Of a stretch of DNA of 64,000 nucleotides, positions 29,082-38,468 are shown piece after piece. Source of the stretch: Roseiarcus sp. (lineage in GTDB: Bacteria; Pseudomonadota; Alphaproteobacteria; Rhizobiales; Beijerinckiaceae). The stretch covers positions 73-64,072 of the forward strand of contig JBEKEI010000011.1 of the NCBI GenBank assembly GCA_050013915.1. The letters are read 5' to 3'. A program made the translations under genes and the position numbers. How positions within the stretch are numbered: the stretch's first letter is position 1; every line of letters starts with the position of its first letter. The notes beneath the pieces were generated by a model. It did no database searches and was not told the origin of the DNA. It was given only the letters and a program-made list of their open reading frames with translations.

Positions 29082-31121
29082 TCACCGGCCGCGGAATTGC
29101 GGGACGCGCTTTTCGAGGAAAGCCGAAGTGCCTTCCCTTTTGTCTTCGGTCGCCGCGCAGAGGCCGAAATAGGAAGCTTCCAGCAGCAAGCCTTCGCTCT
29201 GGCTCGCCTCCATTCCCTTGTTCGTCGCCTCGAGCGCGAACTTCACCGCGATCGGAGCGTTGGCGGCGATCCTTTTCAGGATCGCTTCAGCTCGGGCGAT
29301 GAGTTCAGCGGCGGGAATGATTTCGTTGACGAGCCCGATGCGAAACGCCTCTTGCGCGCCGATCATCTCCCCTGACAGAATCAGCCGCAGCGCCCGGCCC
29401 TTGCCGATCAGGCGCGGCAATCGTTGCGTGCCGCCGCCGCCCGGTATCAGCCCGAGCGCGACCTCGGGCTGTCCGAACTTCGCCGTCTCCACCGCGAGCC
29501 TGATGGTGCACGCCATTGCGGTCTCGCAGCCGCCGCCGAGCGCAAAGCCGTTGACCGCCGCGATCACCGGCTTGCCCAGGTTCTCGATGAGGTCGAGTAC
29601 CTCCTGTCCGAATCGACTCGATTGTTCCGCTTCCAAGGCCGTCACCTGCGCGAGTTCGGTGATGTCGGCGCCTGCGATGAACGCCTTGTCGCCGGCGCCG
29701 GTCAGGATGACGCCGCGCACCGCCGCGTCATCGCGGGCGCGCTCGAATGCGCGGCGCAGGTCGCTCCAGGTCGGGGTGTTCAGAGCGTTCAGCACCTGAG
29801 GGCGATTGACGGTCACGTAGGCGATGGCGTCCCTCACGCCGTAGAGGACGTTGGCCAGATTCAGCGCGGCTGTGGGCGACTCTGGCGAGGACGCAGGCGT
29901 TCTCATTGCGGAAGCCATTTCCGATTCTCCTGTTGGGAATGAGCGCGAGCTGGCGTCGGCGCCGGCTCGCGGGCAGCCCCAGACGAAGGCGCCGATGCCG
30001 GTGATCGCCTTGCCGACGATCAGATTCTGCATTTGATAGGCGCCTTCATAGGAATAGAGCGCTTCTGCGTCGGCGAAGAAGCGCGCGACGTTGTAGTCGG
30101 CGAGGATGCCGTTGCCGCCCAGGAGTTCGCGGCCCCAGGAGACGGTTTCGCGCGACTTCGCGGTGCAAAAGGCCTTGGCGAGCGCAGCGTGATGGTCGCC
30201 GAGCTTGCCGTCGTCGTTCATTTGCGCCAGTCGGACCATCAGGCATTGGCACGCGGTCACGTTGGCGAGCATCCTGGCGAGGAGATCCTGCACCATCTGG
30301 AAGGAGGCAATCGGCCTGCCGAACTGCAATCGCTGCTGCGCGTATTTCAGCGTCGCCTCATAGGCGCCCATCTGGATGCCGGTCGAGGCCCAGCCCACCA
30401 TGTAGCGGGTCATCCGCAGCACGCGCGCGGTGTCGCGGAATGAATTGCCGCCCTGGAGGCGATTGGCCTCTGGCACCCGCACGTCCTTCAATGTGATCTC
30501 GCCATTCTGGACCACTTTGAGGGCGATCTTGTGCTCCATCTTCTCGACGCTGAATCCGGGCGTCGTCTTGTTCTCGACGATGAATCCCTTGACCTGGTCG
30601 TCCGCGAGGTCGCGCGCCCAGATGATCGAGACATCGCACCACGGCGAGTTGCCGATCCACCGCTTCTGACCATTGAGTATCCAGACATCCCCGTCGCGCT
30701 CGGCGGTCGTCGTGAGGCCGCCGCTGGTCCCTGACCCGACCAATGGTTCGGTGAGGCCGAAGCAGCCGATGTTCTCGAACCGCGCCATCGGCGGCAGCCA
30801 TTTCCGCTTCTGCTCCTCCGAGCCGTCGAGATAGATCGAGCCCATCGCAAGGCCGCTGTGCACCCCGAAGAAGGTGCAGAACGAGGCGTCGGTACGCGCC
30901 AGTTCCATCGCGACCAAGCCGAAGAGCTTTTGGCTTCCGCCGGCGCATTCGTAGCCCTGGTATCCCAGGCCGCCGAGCTTCAGCTCGCTAAATGACGGGA
31001 GCAGCTCGAACGGAAACGCGTCGTCAGCCCAATATTTGTTGATGATCGGCTGGACCTTGGACTCCATATAGTCCCGCACCTTCTTGACGAGCGCCCTTTC
31101 CTCGGCAGTCAGGACGTCCAC
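29082..31121 (-). CDS. acyl-CoA dehydrogenase (glutaryl-CoA DH-like) read through into enoyl-CoA hydratase, a 679-aa fused ORF
   Basis: The ACAD part runs from GTG 31121 to ...IVGKAITGIGAFV. TGG (29981-29979) sits where a stop is expected. The crotonase part has its own AGGAGA-N7-ATG at 29918 (MASAMRT...VTVNRPQVLNAL...GGGCE...). Confidence 0.7.
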   Translation of the reverse strand: MDVLTAEERALVKKVRDYMESKVQPIINKYWADDAFPFELLPSFSELKLGGLGYQGYECAGGSQKLFGLVAMELARTDASFCTFFGVHSGLAMGSIYLDGSEEQKRKWLPPMARFENIGCFGLTEPLVGSGTSGGLTTTAERDGDVWILNGQKRWIGNSPWCDVSIIWARDLADDQVKGFIVENKTTPGFSVEKMEHKIALKVVQNGEITLKDVRVPEANRLQGGNSFRDTARVLRMTRYMVGWASTGIQMGAYEATLKYAQQRLQFGRPIASFQMVQDLLARMLANVTACQCLMVRLAQMNDDGKLGDHHAALAKAFCTAKSRETVSWGRELLGGNGILADYNVARFFADAEALYSYEGAYQMQNLIVGKAITGIGAFVWGCPRAGADASSRSFPTGESEMASAMRTPASSPESPTAALNLANVLYGVRDAIAYVTVNRPQVLNALNTPTWSDLRRAFERARDDAAVRGVILTGAGDKAFIAGADITELAQVTALEAEQSSRFGQEVLDLIENLGKPVIAAVNGFALGGGCETAMACTIRLAVETAKFGQPEVALGLIPGGGGTQRLPRLIGKGRALRLILSGEMIGAQEAFRIGLVNEIIPAAELIARAEAILKRIAANAPIAVKFALEATNKGMEASQSEGLLLEASYFGLCAATEDKREGTSAFLEKRVPQFRGR

Positions 31122-32662
31122 GAGCTGTTAGAAGTCGCTGTTGGGCGCCGGCAGCGCCTTTGCTGGCCGCATCTCCGTCCTCGCCCGCGGCGCCGCGGGC
31201 GTCGCCAGGTCTGCTGCCTTTGCCGCTGCCGTCGCGCTCGTCGCAGTCATTTGCACTCCTCGTCATTCGGCTCTGAAATGATCTCGGTCGCTCTCGTTTC
31301 TGCGCCGACTTCACCGGCGCTCACCCGAAGGATGAACCGCCACACCTGTCCATCGGGCACGTTTTGTCGCCTTGCAACCGCCCATCCGCTTCTCGACCGC
31401 CGTCAGTCCGAACAAAGCGTTCGGCGATGCGCCGACAAACGACATGAGACGCATTTTGATCTTTTGGAGCGCCCTGATCCATTGCTCGCAGGTCGAGCGG
31501 GATACTGTCATTGTGTCGCCGCGCTGAACGTTGGTTTACAAGCGATGGCGAAGACGTCATCCCAACTGGAGCATGTTCGGGATCTTTCGGATCGCAAGAG
31601 ATTCCCATGTGGTCGCCGGATTCCCGGACCGAGCGACGATGGAAAGGGCCATCGTCCTAGCGACAGGCCTGGGAAGGGGGGCGTATGGTCCGGCATTGCG
31701 CGACCGCGTGATCGATCCGGCAATGTCGGGACCAAACTTGCGCGCCGGCGTCCCGCACGGGCACCGGAAACGAACGACCTTCATCGCGGGACTGCAGTTG
31801 ACAGGCCTGACTGCCCTGATGGCGCTCGGCGGATCGATCAACACAATGACCATCCGCTACCGTAGCGCTCGGTTCGCGCCGACGGGCGCAGGCGCGCCGG
31901 AACCATCCGATGTCCTCCTCACTCAGTGAAAGGCGACCGAATGCTTGTCCGGCTTCTTCGCGATTGAACTCATCGTCGGTCATGTGCTGCTGTCCTTCTT
32001 GGGTGGTGAATTTTGACGCAGAGCTGAATGAGGTTCCGCGATGGAGCGCGCTAGAGCGTTGTGCTGATGGAGAGGAGGACCGCTCATCCCATGGTGCTCC
32101 TCACGCGGGCGACACCCGCCGCTCGCCCCCGACGCCGGATTGAGCCGCACAGCGCACCCGTCTCATCACACTCGCGAGGCGATCATCTCACGCGCTCCGT
32201 CCCCAATGACTTCTGCTCGCGATAGTGGGGCGTCGAGCGTCTGCCGATCGCCGGATCGACGTCAAACGCCGTGCAACGCCGAATTGCGTCGGGAATCTCC
32301 AACCACGCGAACAATTGCGCGGCAGCGGTCATCGTCCAAACTCTCTCTTCGAACCATTCTGGACTCATCCCGTCGGAGAGGACGACCCTGAAGGCACCCG
32401 CCAGCGATGCTCACTGGACTCCGGGCCGAGGGAGTCAGTCGGCTGCTGATCCTGGGCGCTTTCTCGATGGCGCATTCGTCGCCGACGGATTGCAGTCGCA
32501 TTCCGGATTCTCACGGCCGGATGGTCCCTCGGCCCGAGGGCTCGCCGGCAGAGATCGACGCGCGGGCTCGATCCGCAGCCGCCTCGCTTCGGCCTCCTCC
32601 CCGTCAGTCGCGCCGAAACGCCTCGGGGCGAGAGCGCCGCGCTCGCTCGACGCGCCAGCGCG

Positions 32663-33703
32663 TCATCGCCGCTCCGCTCCGACCGGCGGCGCCGGCTCGG
32701 CCGGCGAGGCGTCGTCGATCGCCAGCCAGCGCCCTACCGGCAGCAGGCGCAGGCCGAGGCGTTCGTCGGCCCAGCCCCACAGCCCCTTGGGCAGGAACAG
32801 TGCGAACAGCAGCGCGGCGCCGCCGAGGCCGACGAGATACCAGACGCCTGTCGCGCCGAACCAGGCCTCGATCGCGAAGAACAGCACGGCGCCGAGGATC
32901 GGGCCCTCGAACGTGCCGAGCCCGCCGACCAGCACCATGAAGATCATATAGGCGGTCCATTGCACGCTGAAATAGGTCTTGGGCTGGAAGCTGATGGTGG
33001 TCGCGAGCCAGAGCGCGCCAGCCAGCGCGACGCCGAACGCGGCGAGCACGAACAGGATGCGCTTGGTCCGCATCACGCGCACCCCGACCGAGGCGGCGGC
33101 GCCCTCGTTGTCGCGGATCGCCTGGATCGCCGCGCCGAGCGGCGAGCGCAAAAGCGCGAACAGGACGCCGATCAGGCTGGCCATCGCGCCGAGCGCCGTC
33201 CAATAGGTGAGCGCGTGGCGGAACTCGGCGGGATAGGCGTCGAGCGCGATCAGCGACGTGCCCGTCTCGCCGCGCACCAGCGTGTCGAGATTGACGAGCA
33301 GGTGGGCGAGCGCGGCGACCACCCACATCCCGATCGCAAATTCGCCCGCGCGCAGGCGCAACATGAAAGCCGAGATCGGCAGCGCGACCGCGGCGACGAG
33401 GACCGCGCCGAGCACGAGCGCGGGATAGACGCTGACCCCGGCGTCGGCGAGCCGCACCGCGGCGTAGGCGCCGAGACCGAAGAACGCCTGCTGGCCGATC
33501 GACACGAGGCCGCCATAGCCGGCGAGCGCGTTCCAGGTGACCGCGAGAATGACGTAGATGAACAGCGTGGTCAGCTTGTCGACGGCGTTCGCGTCGAGGA
33601 ACGCGGGGCCCGCCGCGAGGGCGAGCATCAGTGCGACGGCGAACGTGACCGAGCTGATCGACAGCGCGCTCCAGCGCACGACCCGGATCGCCGCGCCGGT
33701 CAT
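32663..33703 (-). CDS. branched-chain-amino-acid-type ABC permease (LivM-like)
   Basis: 346-aa polytopic ORF. WNALAGYGGLVSIGQQAFFGLGAY. Confidence 0.85.
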   Translation of the reverse strand: MTGAAIRVVRWSALSISSVTFAVALMLALAAGPAFLDANAVDKLTTLFIYVILAVTWNALAGYGGLVSIGQQAFFGLGAYAAVRLADAGVSVYPALVLGAVLVAAVALPISAFMLRLRAGEFAIGMWVVAALAHLLVNLDTLVRGETGTSLIALDAYPAEFRHALTYWTALGAMASLIGVLFALLRSPLGAAIQAIRDNEGAAASVGVRVMRTKRILFVLAAFGVALAGALWLATTISFQPKTYFSVQWTAYMIFMVLVGGLGTFEGPILGAVLFFAIEAWFGATGVWYLVGLGGAALLFALFLPKGLWGWADERLGLRLLPVGRWLAIDDASPAEPAPPVGAERR

Positions 33704-34590
33704 GTCGCCCGCCTCGACCGGACCAGAAACGAGCCGCCGTCCCAGAACAGCCGCCCGAACAGGATGACGAGGAATATGCCGTGGCCGGCGATGAAGAAGC
33801 CCTGCGGATTGATCTGCGCGCCGACGTTCTGGGCGACGCCGAGCACGACGCCGCCGATCAGCGTGCCCCAGAGCGAGCCGGCGCCGCCGATCACCGCCGC
33901 CTCGAAGGCGAAGATCAACTGGGTCGGACCCGCATAGGGATCGAAGGTCGCGCGCATCGCGAGCGCCGCGCCGGCGACCCCGACGGTCGCCGTCGCGATC
34001 GCCGCAGCGGTCGCGTTGACGCGCCGCGCGTTGACGCCGACCAGGCCGACCGTGTCGGGATCCTCCGAGGTCGCGCGGATCGCGCGGCCGAGCGCCGTGC
34101 GCGTCAGGAACAGCTGGAGGCCGCCGAGCAGCGCCACCGCCGCCGCCAAGGTGAGCGCCGACAATTGTCCGATCTGGATGTCGTCGGTCAGCGACCAGGA
34201 ATCATAGGAGAAATCGCCGATATAGGGGGCCAGCGAGCGGGTGTCGGCGCCGAAGCGTTCGAACAGCAGGTTGTCGATGACGATCGACAGGCCGAAGGTG
34301 CTGAGGATCGGCACCAGCACGCCCGCGCGCGCGCTCCGCTCGAGCACCGCCCGTTGAAGCGCCCAGCCGAACGCGGCCATCGCCGGCACGACGACGACGA
34401 GCCCGTAGAACGGCGAAACGCCGAACTGGTCGGCGAGCACGAACAGCGCGAAGGCCGCCAGGATCGCGAAGCTGCCATGGGCGATGTTGATGATGCCCAT
34501 CACGCCGTACATGAACGACAGCCCGCACGCGATCAGCGCATAATAGCCGCCGAGCAGCACGCCCTGGACGATCTGATTGACCCAGATCAT
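33700..34590 (-). CDS. branched-chain-amino-acid-type ABC permease (LivH-like)
   Basis: 296 aa. QGVLLGGYYALIACGLSFMYGVMGIINIAHGSF. Confidence 0.85.
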   Translation of the reverse strand: MIWVNQIVQGVLLGGYYALIACGLSFMYGVMGIINIAHGSFAILAAFALFVLADQFGVSPFYGLVVVVPAMAAFGWALQRAVLERSARAGVLVPILSTFGLSIVIDNLLFERFGADTRSLAPYIGDFSYDSWSLTDDIQIGQLSALTLAAAVALLGGLQLFLTRTALGRAIRATSEDPDTVGLVGVNARRVNATAAAIATATVGVAGAALAMRATFDPYAGPTQLIFAFEAAVIGGAGSLWGTLIGGVVLGVAQNVGAQINPQGFFIAGHGIFLVILFGRLFWDGGSFLVRSRRAT

Positions 34591-35312
34591 CGCGCGACGC
34601 CCGCTTTCGCCCGGTTCAGGCCGAAATAGGCCTGGGTCACCTCGTCGCGGGTCAGGTCCTCAGCTCTCCCCTCCAGCGCGATTCTCCCCTCCAGCATGCA
34701 GATCACCCGGTCCGCGACGCTGAGCGCGCGCGTCAGATCCTGCTCGACGAGAACGATCGTCGTCCCCGAAGTCAACAGCGACTGCAGCGAGGCGTAGACG
34801 CGGTCGACCGCGAGTGGAGACAGGCCGAGCGAGACCTCGTCGAGCATCAGCAGCTCGGGATTGGTCATCAATGCGCGGCCGATCGCGGTCGCCTGCTGTT
34901 CGCCGCCCGACAGCGTTCCCGCCCGCGCATTGCGGCGCGCCTGGAGATTGGGGAAGGCCTTCATCACCGCCTCGAAGGTCCAGGCGCCCGCGCGCCCCGC
35001 CGCCCGCGCGAGCAGCAGGTTCTCCTCGACGCTCATCTTCGCGAACAGGCGTCGCCCTTCGGGCACGAGCGCGACGCCGCGTGCGACCCGCTCGTGGGCG
35101 GGCGTCCGTGTGACGTCCACGCCTCCGAACATCACGCGTCCTGCGGTCGCCGGATGCGCGCCGGCGATTGCGCGCAGGAGCGTCGTCTTCCCGGCGCCGT
35201 TGGCGCCGACCAGCGCGAGCGTTTCGCCGCGCGCGACCTCGAAGCTGACGCCGCGCACCGCTTGCAGCAGGCCGTGGCGGACGTCGAGCGCCTCGACCGC
35301 GAGCAGGCTCAA
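34587..35312 (-). CDS. ABC ATP-binding protein (LivF-like)
   Basis: TTG 35312 overlaps the LivG-like stop. GANGAGKTT, LSGGEQQ, LLMLDEVSLGL. Confidence 0.85.
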   Translation of the reverse strand: MSLLAVEALDVRHGLLQAVRGVSFEVARGETLALVGANGAGKTTLLRAIAGAHPATAGRVMFGGVDVTRTPAHERVARGVALVPEGRRLFAKMSVEENLLLARAAGRAGAWTFEAVMKAFPNLQARRNARAGTLSGGEQQATAIGRALMTNPELLMLDEVSLGLSPLAVDRVYASLQSLLTSGTTIVLVEQDLTRALSVADRVICMLEGRIALEGRAEDLTRDEVTQAYFGLNRAKAGVAR

Positions 35313-36049
35313 TGGACGCTCCCGCCGAGATAGGCGGAGATCACCGCCTTGTCGGCCATCACCGCGCGCGGATCGCCGTCGGCGATGATGCGCCCGGCGT
35401 CCATGCAGATCAGCCGGTCGGCGACCTGCAGCAGCACATGGACGATGTGCTCGATCCAGACGATTGCGAGGCCGCGCGCGCGCAACTGGCGGATCGTGGC
35501 GACGAGTTCGCCGGCCTCGCCGTCGGTCAGGCCGCCGCCGATCTCGTCGAGCAGCAGCACGGACGGACCGGCCCCCAACGCGCGCGCGAGTTCGAGCCGC
35601 TTGCGGTCGAGCAGGCCGAGCGTCTCGGCGCGCCGATTGGCGACTGCGAGCATTCCGCACAGATCGATCGCCTCGATCGTGCGCACGTGCGCGGCGTCGC
35701 GATGCAGGCGCGCGCCATTGGTCGCGGCGACGAAGACGTTCTCGAACACGGTCATGCCGCCGAACGGCTGCGGGATCTGATGGGTGCGAACGATGCCGAG
35801 CCGGCAACGTTCCGCCGCCGGCATGGCGGTGACGTCGTCGCCGCGGAAGCGGATCGTTCCGGCGGTCGGCGCCAGAGCGCCGGCCAGGACCGCGAGCAGC
35901 GTGGTTTTGCCAGCCCCGTTCGGACCGACGATGCCGACGGCCTCGTCGGCGCGCAGAGAAAGGTCGATCCCGTCGAGGACGACGAGCGCGTTGAATCGCT
36001 TACGGACTCCGGTCGTCTCGAGGACGACGCCGTCGGCTTCCTTGGTCAC
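35309..36049 (-). CDS. ABC ATP-binding protein (LivG-like)
   Basis: 246 aa. GPNGAGKTT...LLLDEIGGGL... Confidence 0.85.
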   Translation of the reverse strand: MTKEADGVVLETTGVRKRFNALVVLDGIDLSLRADEAVGIVGPNGAGKTTLLAVLAGALAPTAGTIRFRGDDVTAMPAAERCRLGIVRTHQIPQPFGGMTVFENVFVAATNGARLHRDAAHVRTIEAIDLCGMLAVANRRAETLGLLDRKRLELARALGAGPSVLLLDEIGGGLTDGEAGELVATIRQLRARGLAIVWIEHIVHVLLQVADRLICMDAGRIIADGDPRAVMADKAVISAYLGGSVH

Positions 36050-36076
36050 GGCGTCGCCTTCATCGTTCGATCAGGC

Positions 36077-37396
36077 CTAGTTGTAGGGAACGAGCTTGGC
36101 CTCGATCGGCACGTTCGGATCGGTCGCATGCTCGGTCACAACGTAGTCGAGCTTGAACTTGGAGCCCGCCTTGGCCTTGACCCATTGCGCGCCGATGATC
36201 GGTCCGGGCGAAATGTTCGGGAATGGGCCCGACGTGAAGTCGACCTTGCCGGCCATTGTAACCGTGTTCAGCGAGCCGAGCGCCTTGGCGACCGCGGCCT
36301 TGTTCTTCGGGTCCGCGCTTCCCGCCAGCGCGGCGACGCCCGCGTCGATCAACGCCATGCTCGCGCCCAGTTGCTGCGTCCACTGCTTCCCCGAAGCCTT
36401 CTCGTAGCCATCGGCGAGTTCGGTCCCCGAAACGCCGGTCAGCGCGGACTTGTAGGGGAAAACCTTGTGCCAGTAACACGCGCTGGTCAGATTGTAGCCG
36501 AGATTGCCGAGCGCATCGACCTGGCTCGGGAAGAGACCGGTCTTGGCGATCTGCGCGATCTTGACCATCTTCGTATAGCCCTGTTGCGCCGCCTGGCGCC
36601 AGAACGCGGCGAAATCGGGCGGGATCGGGAAAGTGTTGAAGATTTCGCATTTCTCGCTCTTGAACTTGGCGATCTGCGCGGAATAGTCGGTCGTGCCGTC
36701 CTCATAGGGGCCGGGATCGATGATCGTGAAGCCGGCCTTGGCGAGGCCGGGCGCGAGGTTTTCACGGATGGCGTTGCCGTCGGCGTCGTTGGGATAGAGT
36801 ACACCGACCTTCTTGTTGGTCTCCAGGCTGTTCCACAGCGAGGTATAGGCCTTGAAGAACTCGCCCCCGCCGAACCCGAAGTGGTAGGACCATTTGAACG
36901 GCGAGGGCGCGCCCGGCTTGCCGCCGCGGCCGAAATACCAAGCCTCCCACGGCATCACCGTAGACAGGCAGGGCACTCCGGCCGCCTCGCAGGCGTCGGC
37001 GACCGGATTGATCGTCTCAGGTGTCGAGACGGGCAGCATGAGGTCGACGCCATCGCTGTTGATCAGCGTCTTGGCGAGCTGGCTCGCGCGCGAGGGGTCC
37101 GATTGCGTGTCCCGGTCGAGGATCTCGACCTGGTAGGTCTTGCCGCCGATCGCCAGGCCCTTTCCGAACGCCTTGCGCGCGAGTTCGAGCACATAGCCGT
37201 CGGTCTCGCCGAACCCGGCCAGCGCGCCCGTGCGCGGACTGATGAAGCCGATCCTGAGCACATTCTCGGCTCCCGCGGCGTAGCCGCCGCGCGCGCCGAG
37301 GCTGAGCGCGAGTCCGCCCGCGCCGGCGGCTGTCAGCAATTGTCGGCGCGACGGCCCCCTGCCCCGGCTCGCCGCTCGATCCAAACCATTCGTCAT
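36077..37396 (-). CDS. periplasmic substrate-binding protein (Leu/Ile/Val/amide-binding type) with Tat-like leader
   Basis: From ATG 37396. MTNGLDRAASRGRGPSRRQLLTAAGAGGLALSLG...LRIGFISPRTGALAGFGE. Confidence 0.8.
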   Translation of the reverse strand: MTNGLDRAASRGRGPSRRQLLTAAGAGGLALSLGARGGYAAGAENVLRIGFISPRTGALAGFGETDGYVLELARKAFGKGLAIGGKTYQVEILDRDTQSDPSRASQLAKTLINSDGVDLMLPVSTPETINPVADACEAAGVPCLSTVMPWEAWYFGRGGKPGAPSPFKWSYHFGFGGGEFFKAYTSLWNSLETNKKVGVLYPNDADGNAIRENLAPGLAKAGFTIIDPGPYEDGTTDYSAQIAKFKSEKCEIFNTFPIPPDFAAFWRQAAQQGYTKMVKIAQIAKTGLFPSQVDALGNLGYNLTSACYWHKVFPYKSALTGVSGTELADGYEKASGKQWTQQLGASMALIDAGVAALAGSADPKNKAAVAKALGSLNTVTMAGKVDFTSGPFPNISPGPIIGAQWVKAKAGSKFKLDYVVTEHATDPNVPIEAKLVPYN

Positions 37397-37613
37397 GTCT
37401 CGACCCTCCCTCTTCCACGTCATCGCGACGGCGCCGCGTTGATCGGGGCGCCGTCGCGTGATTTCGCCTGCCAACCAAATCGGGGCGCTCGTGCGAGATT
37501 GCCGACGAACCTGGAGCGCCGCAAGTCGCGTTCGCAGCCCTGCGCCGAACAATCGGCGTGGCGAGGCGCGAATATTGCGTCAAATTCCCGCGCTGGTTCG
37601 TGGATCGCGCCCG

Positions 37614-38468
37614 TCATCGGAGAACTCCGACGATCCAGCCGAGCCCGTCCAGCACGATGTCCGGCCTTTCGGCTGCGACGGCGCGTTCGAACGCCGCGTT
37701 GTCCGCCAGTCCGGTCGTCACCGCGATCGCCGCCGCGCCGGCCGTCCGCGCCATCCGCATTTCGAGCGCCGGATCGTCGCCAATCACGATCGTCTCGCCG
37801 GCGGCCGATCGTGGGACGCCCATCTGGCGCAGCGCGCAGGCGATCGCGACGCGCGACGGCTTGCCCAACACCCGCGCCTTCCTTCCGGTGAGGGCGCCGA
37901 TCATCCTGTTGATCGCGAAGCTGACGCCGATCGCACGACCGCCGCGCACCGCGTAGAATGGCACATTCGACGCGGTCGTCAGCGCTGCGCCCGCCCAGAC
38001 GTCGCGGCACGCGGCCTCGAGGTCGGCGAACGCGAACCCCTGGTGCCAGCCGGTGAACACCGCCTCCACGTTCGACGCCGTCTCGGACGGGCCGACGACG
38101 TCGAGGCCAGCCTCGCGCAGCGGCTCCTGGGCGCCGGTGGTCCCGAGCACGCGCACCCGCCGGACGCCGCGCGCCACGAACCAGTCGGCGGCGGAGGTCG
38201 CGGGCGTCATCATCTCGGAATCGGCGATTTCGAGGCCCGCCTGCCGGAGATTGGCGGCGTAAGTCCGCGGCGTCTTGGCGGTGCCGTTGGTGAAGACGCG
38301 CAAGGGGATCGCTCGCTTCCTCAGCAGCGCCAGCAGCTCGAGCGCGCCGGGCAGCGGCTCGAATCCGCGCCCGTCCGCGGCGCCGAGCACGAGCGTCCCG
38401 TCCATGTCGAAGATAGCGGCGCGCGCCCTGGCCACCCGCTCGGCGAACGCATCGAGGGCGCTGGTCAA
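37614..38468 (-). CDS. HAD-IIA (NagD-like) phosphatase
   Basis: TTG start overlaps the carboxyltransferase stop (TTGA). IFDMDGTL...FTNG...GDD motifs. Confidence 0.75.
   Translation of the reverse strand: MTSALDAFAERVARARAAIFDMDGTLVLGAADGRGFEPLPGALELLALLRKRAIPLRVFTNGTAKTPRTYAANLRQAGLEIADSEMMTPATSAADWFVARGVRRVRVLGTTGAQEPLREAGLDVVGPSETASNVEAVFTGWHQGFAFADLEAACRDVWAGAALTTASNVPFYAVRGGRAIGVSFAINRMIGALTGRKARVLGKPSRVAIACALRQMGVPRSAAGETIVIGDDPALEMRMARTAGAAAIAVTTGLADNAAFERAVAAERPDIVLDGLGWIVGVLR

Noticed and set aside
27095-32662. An intact integrative element or prophage at the tRNA-Ser gene.
   Set aside because: No integrase, excisionase, conjugation or phage genes were seen, and no direct repeat of the tRNA 3' end. 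Only fragments are present, so it is reported as a decayed island.
35312-37891. Very long ORFs lie antisense to or overlapping recognised genes. Examples are 35312..37891 (859 aa), 12968..14752, 44781..46988, 47734..49632, 59105..61525, 38483..39490 and 4354..5994.
   Set aside because: Their products are Arg/Ala/Gly/Pro-rich and low-complexity with no family resemblance. They mirror genes whose products are clearly recognisable on the other strand, which is the usual open-frame artefact of high-GC DNA.
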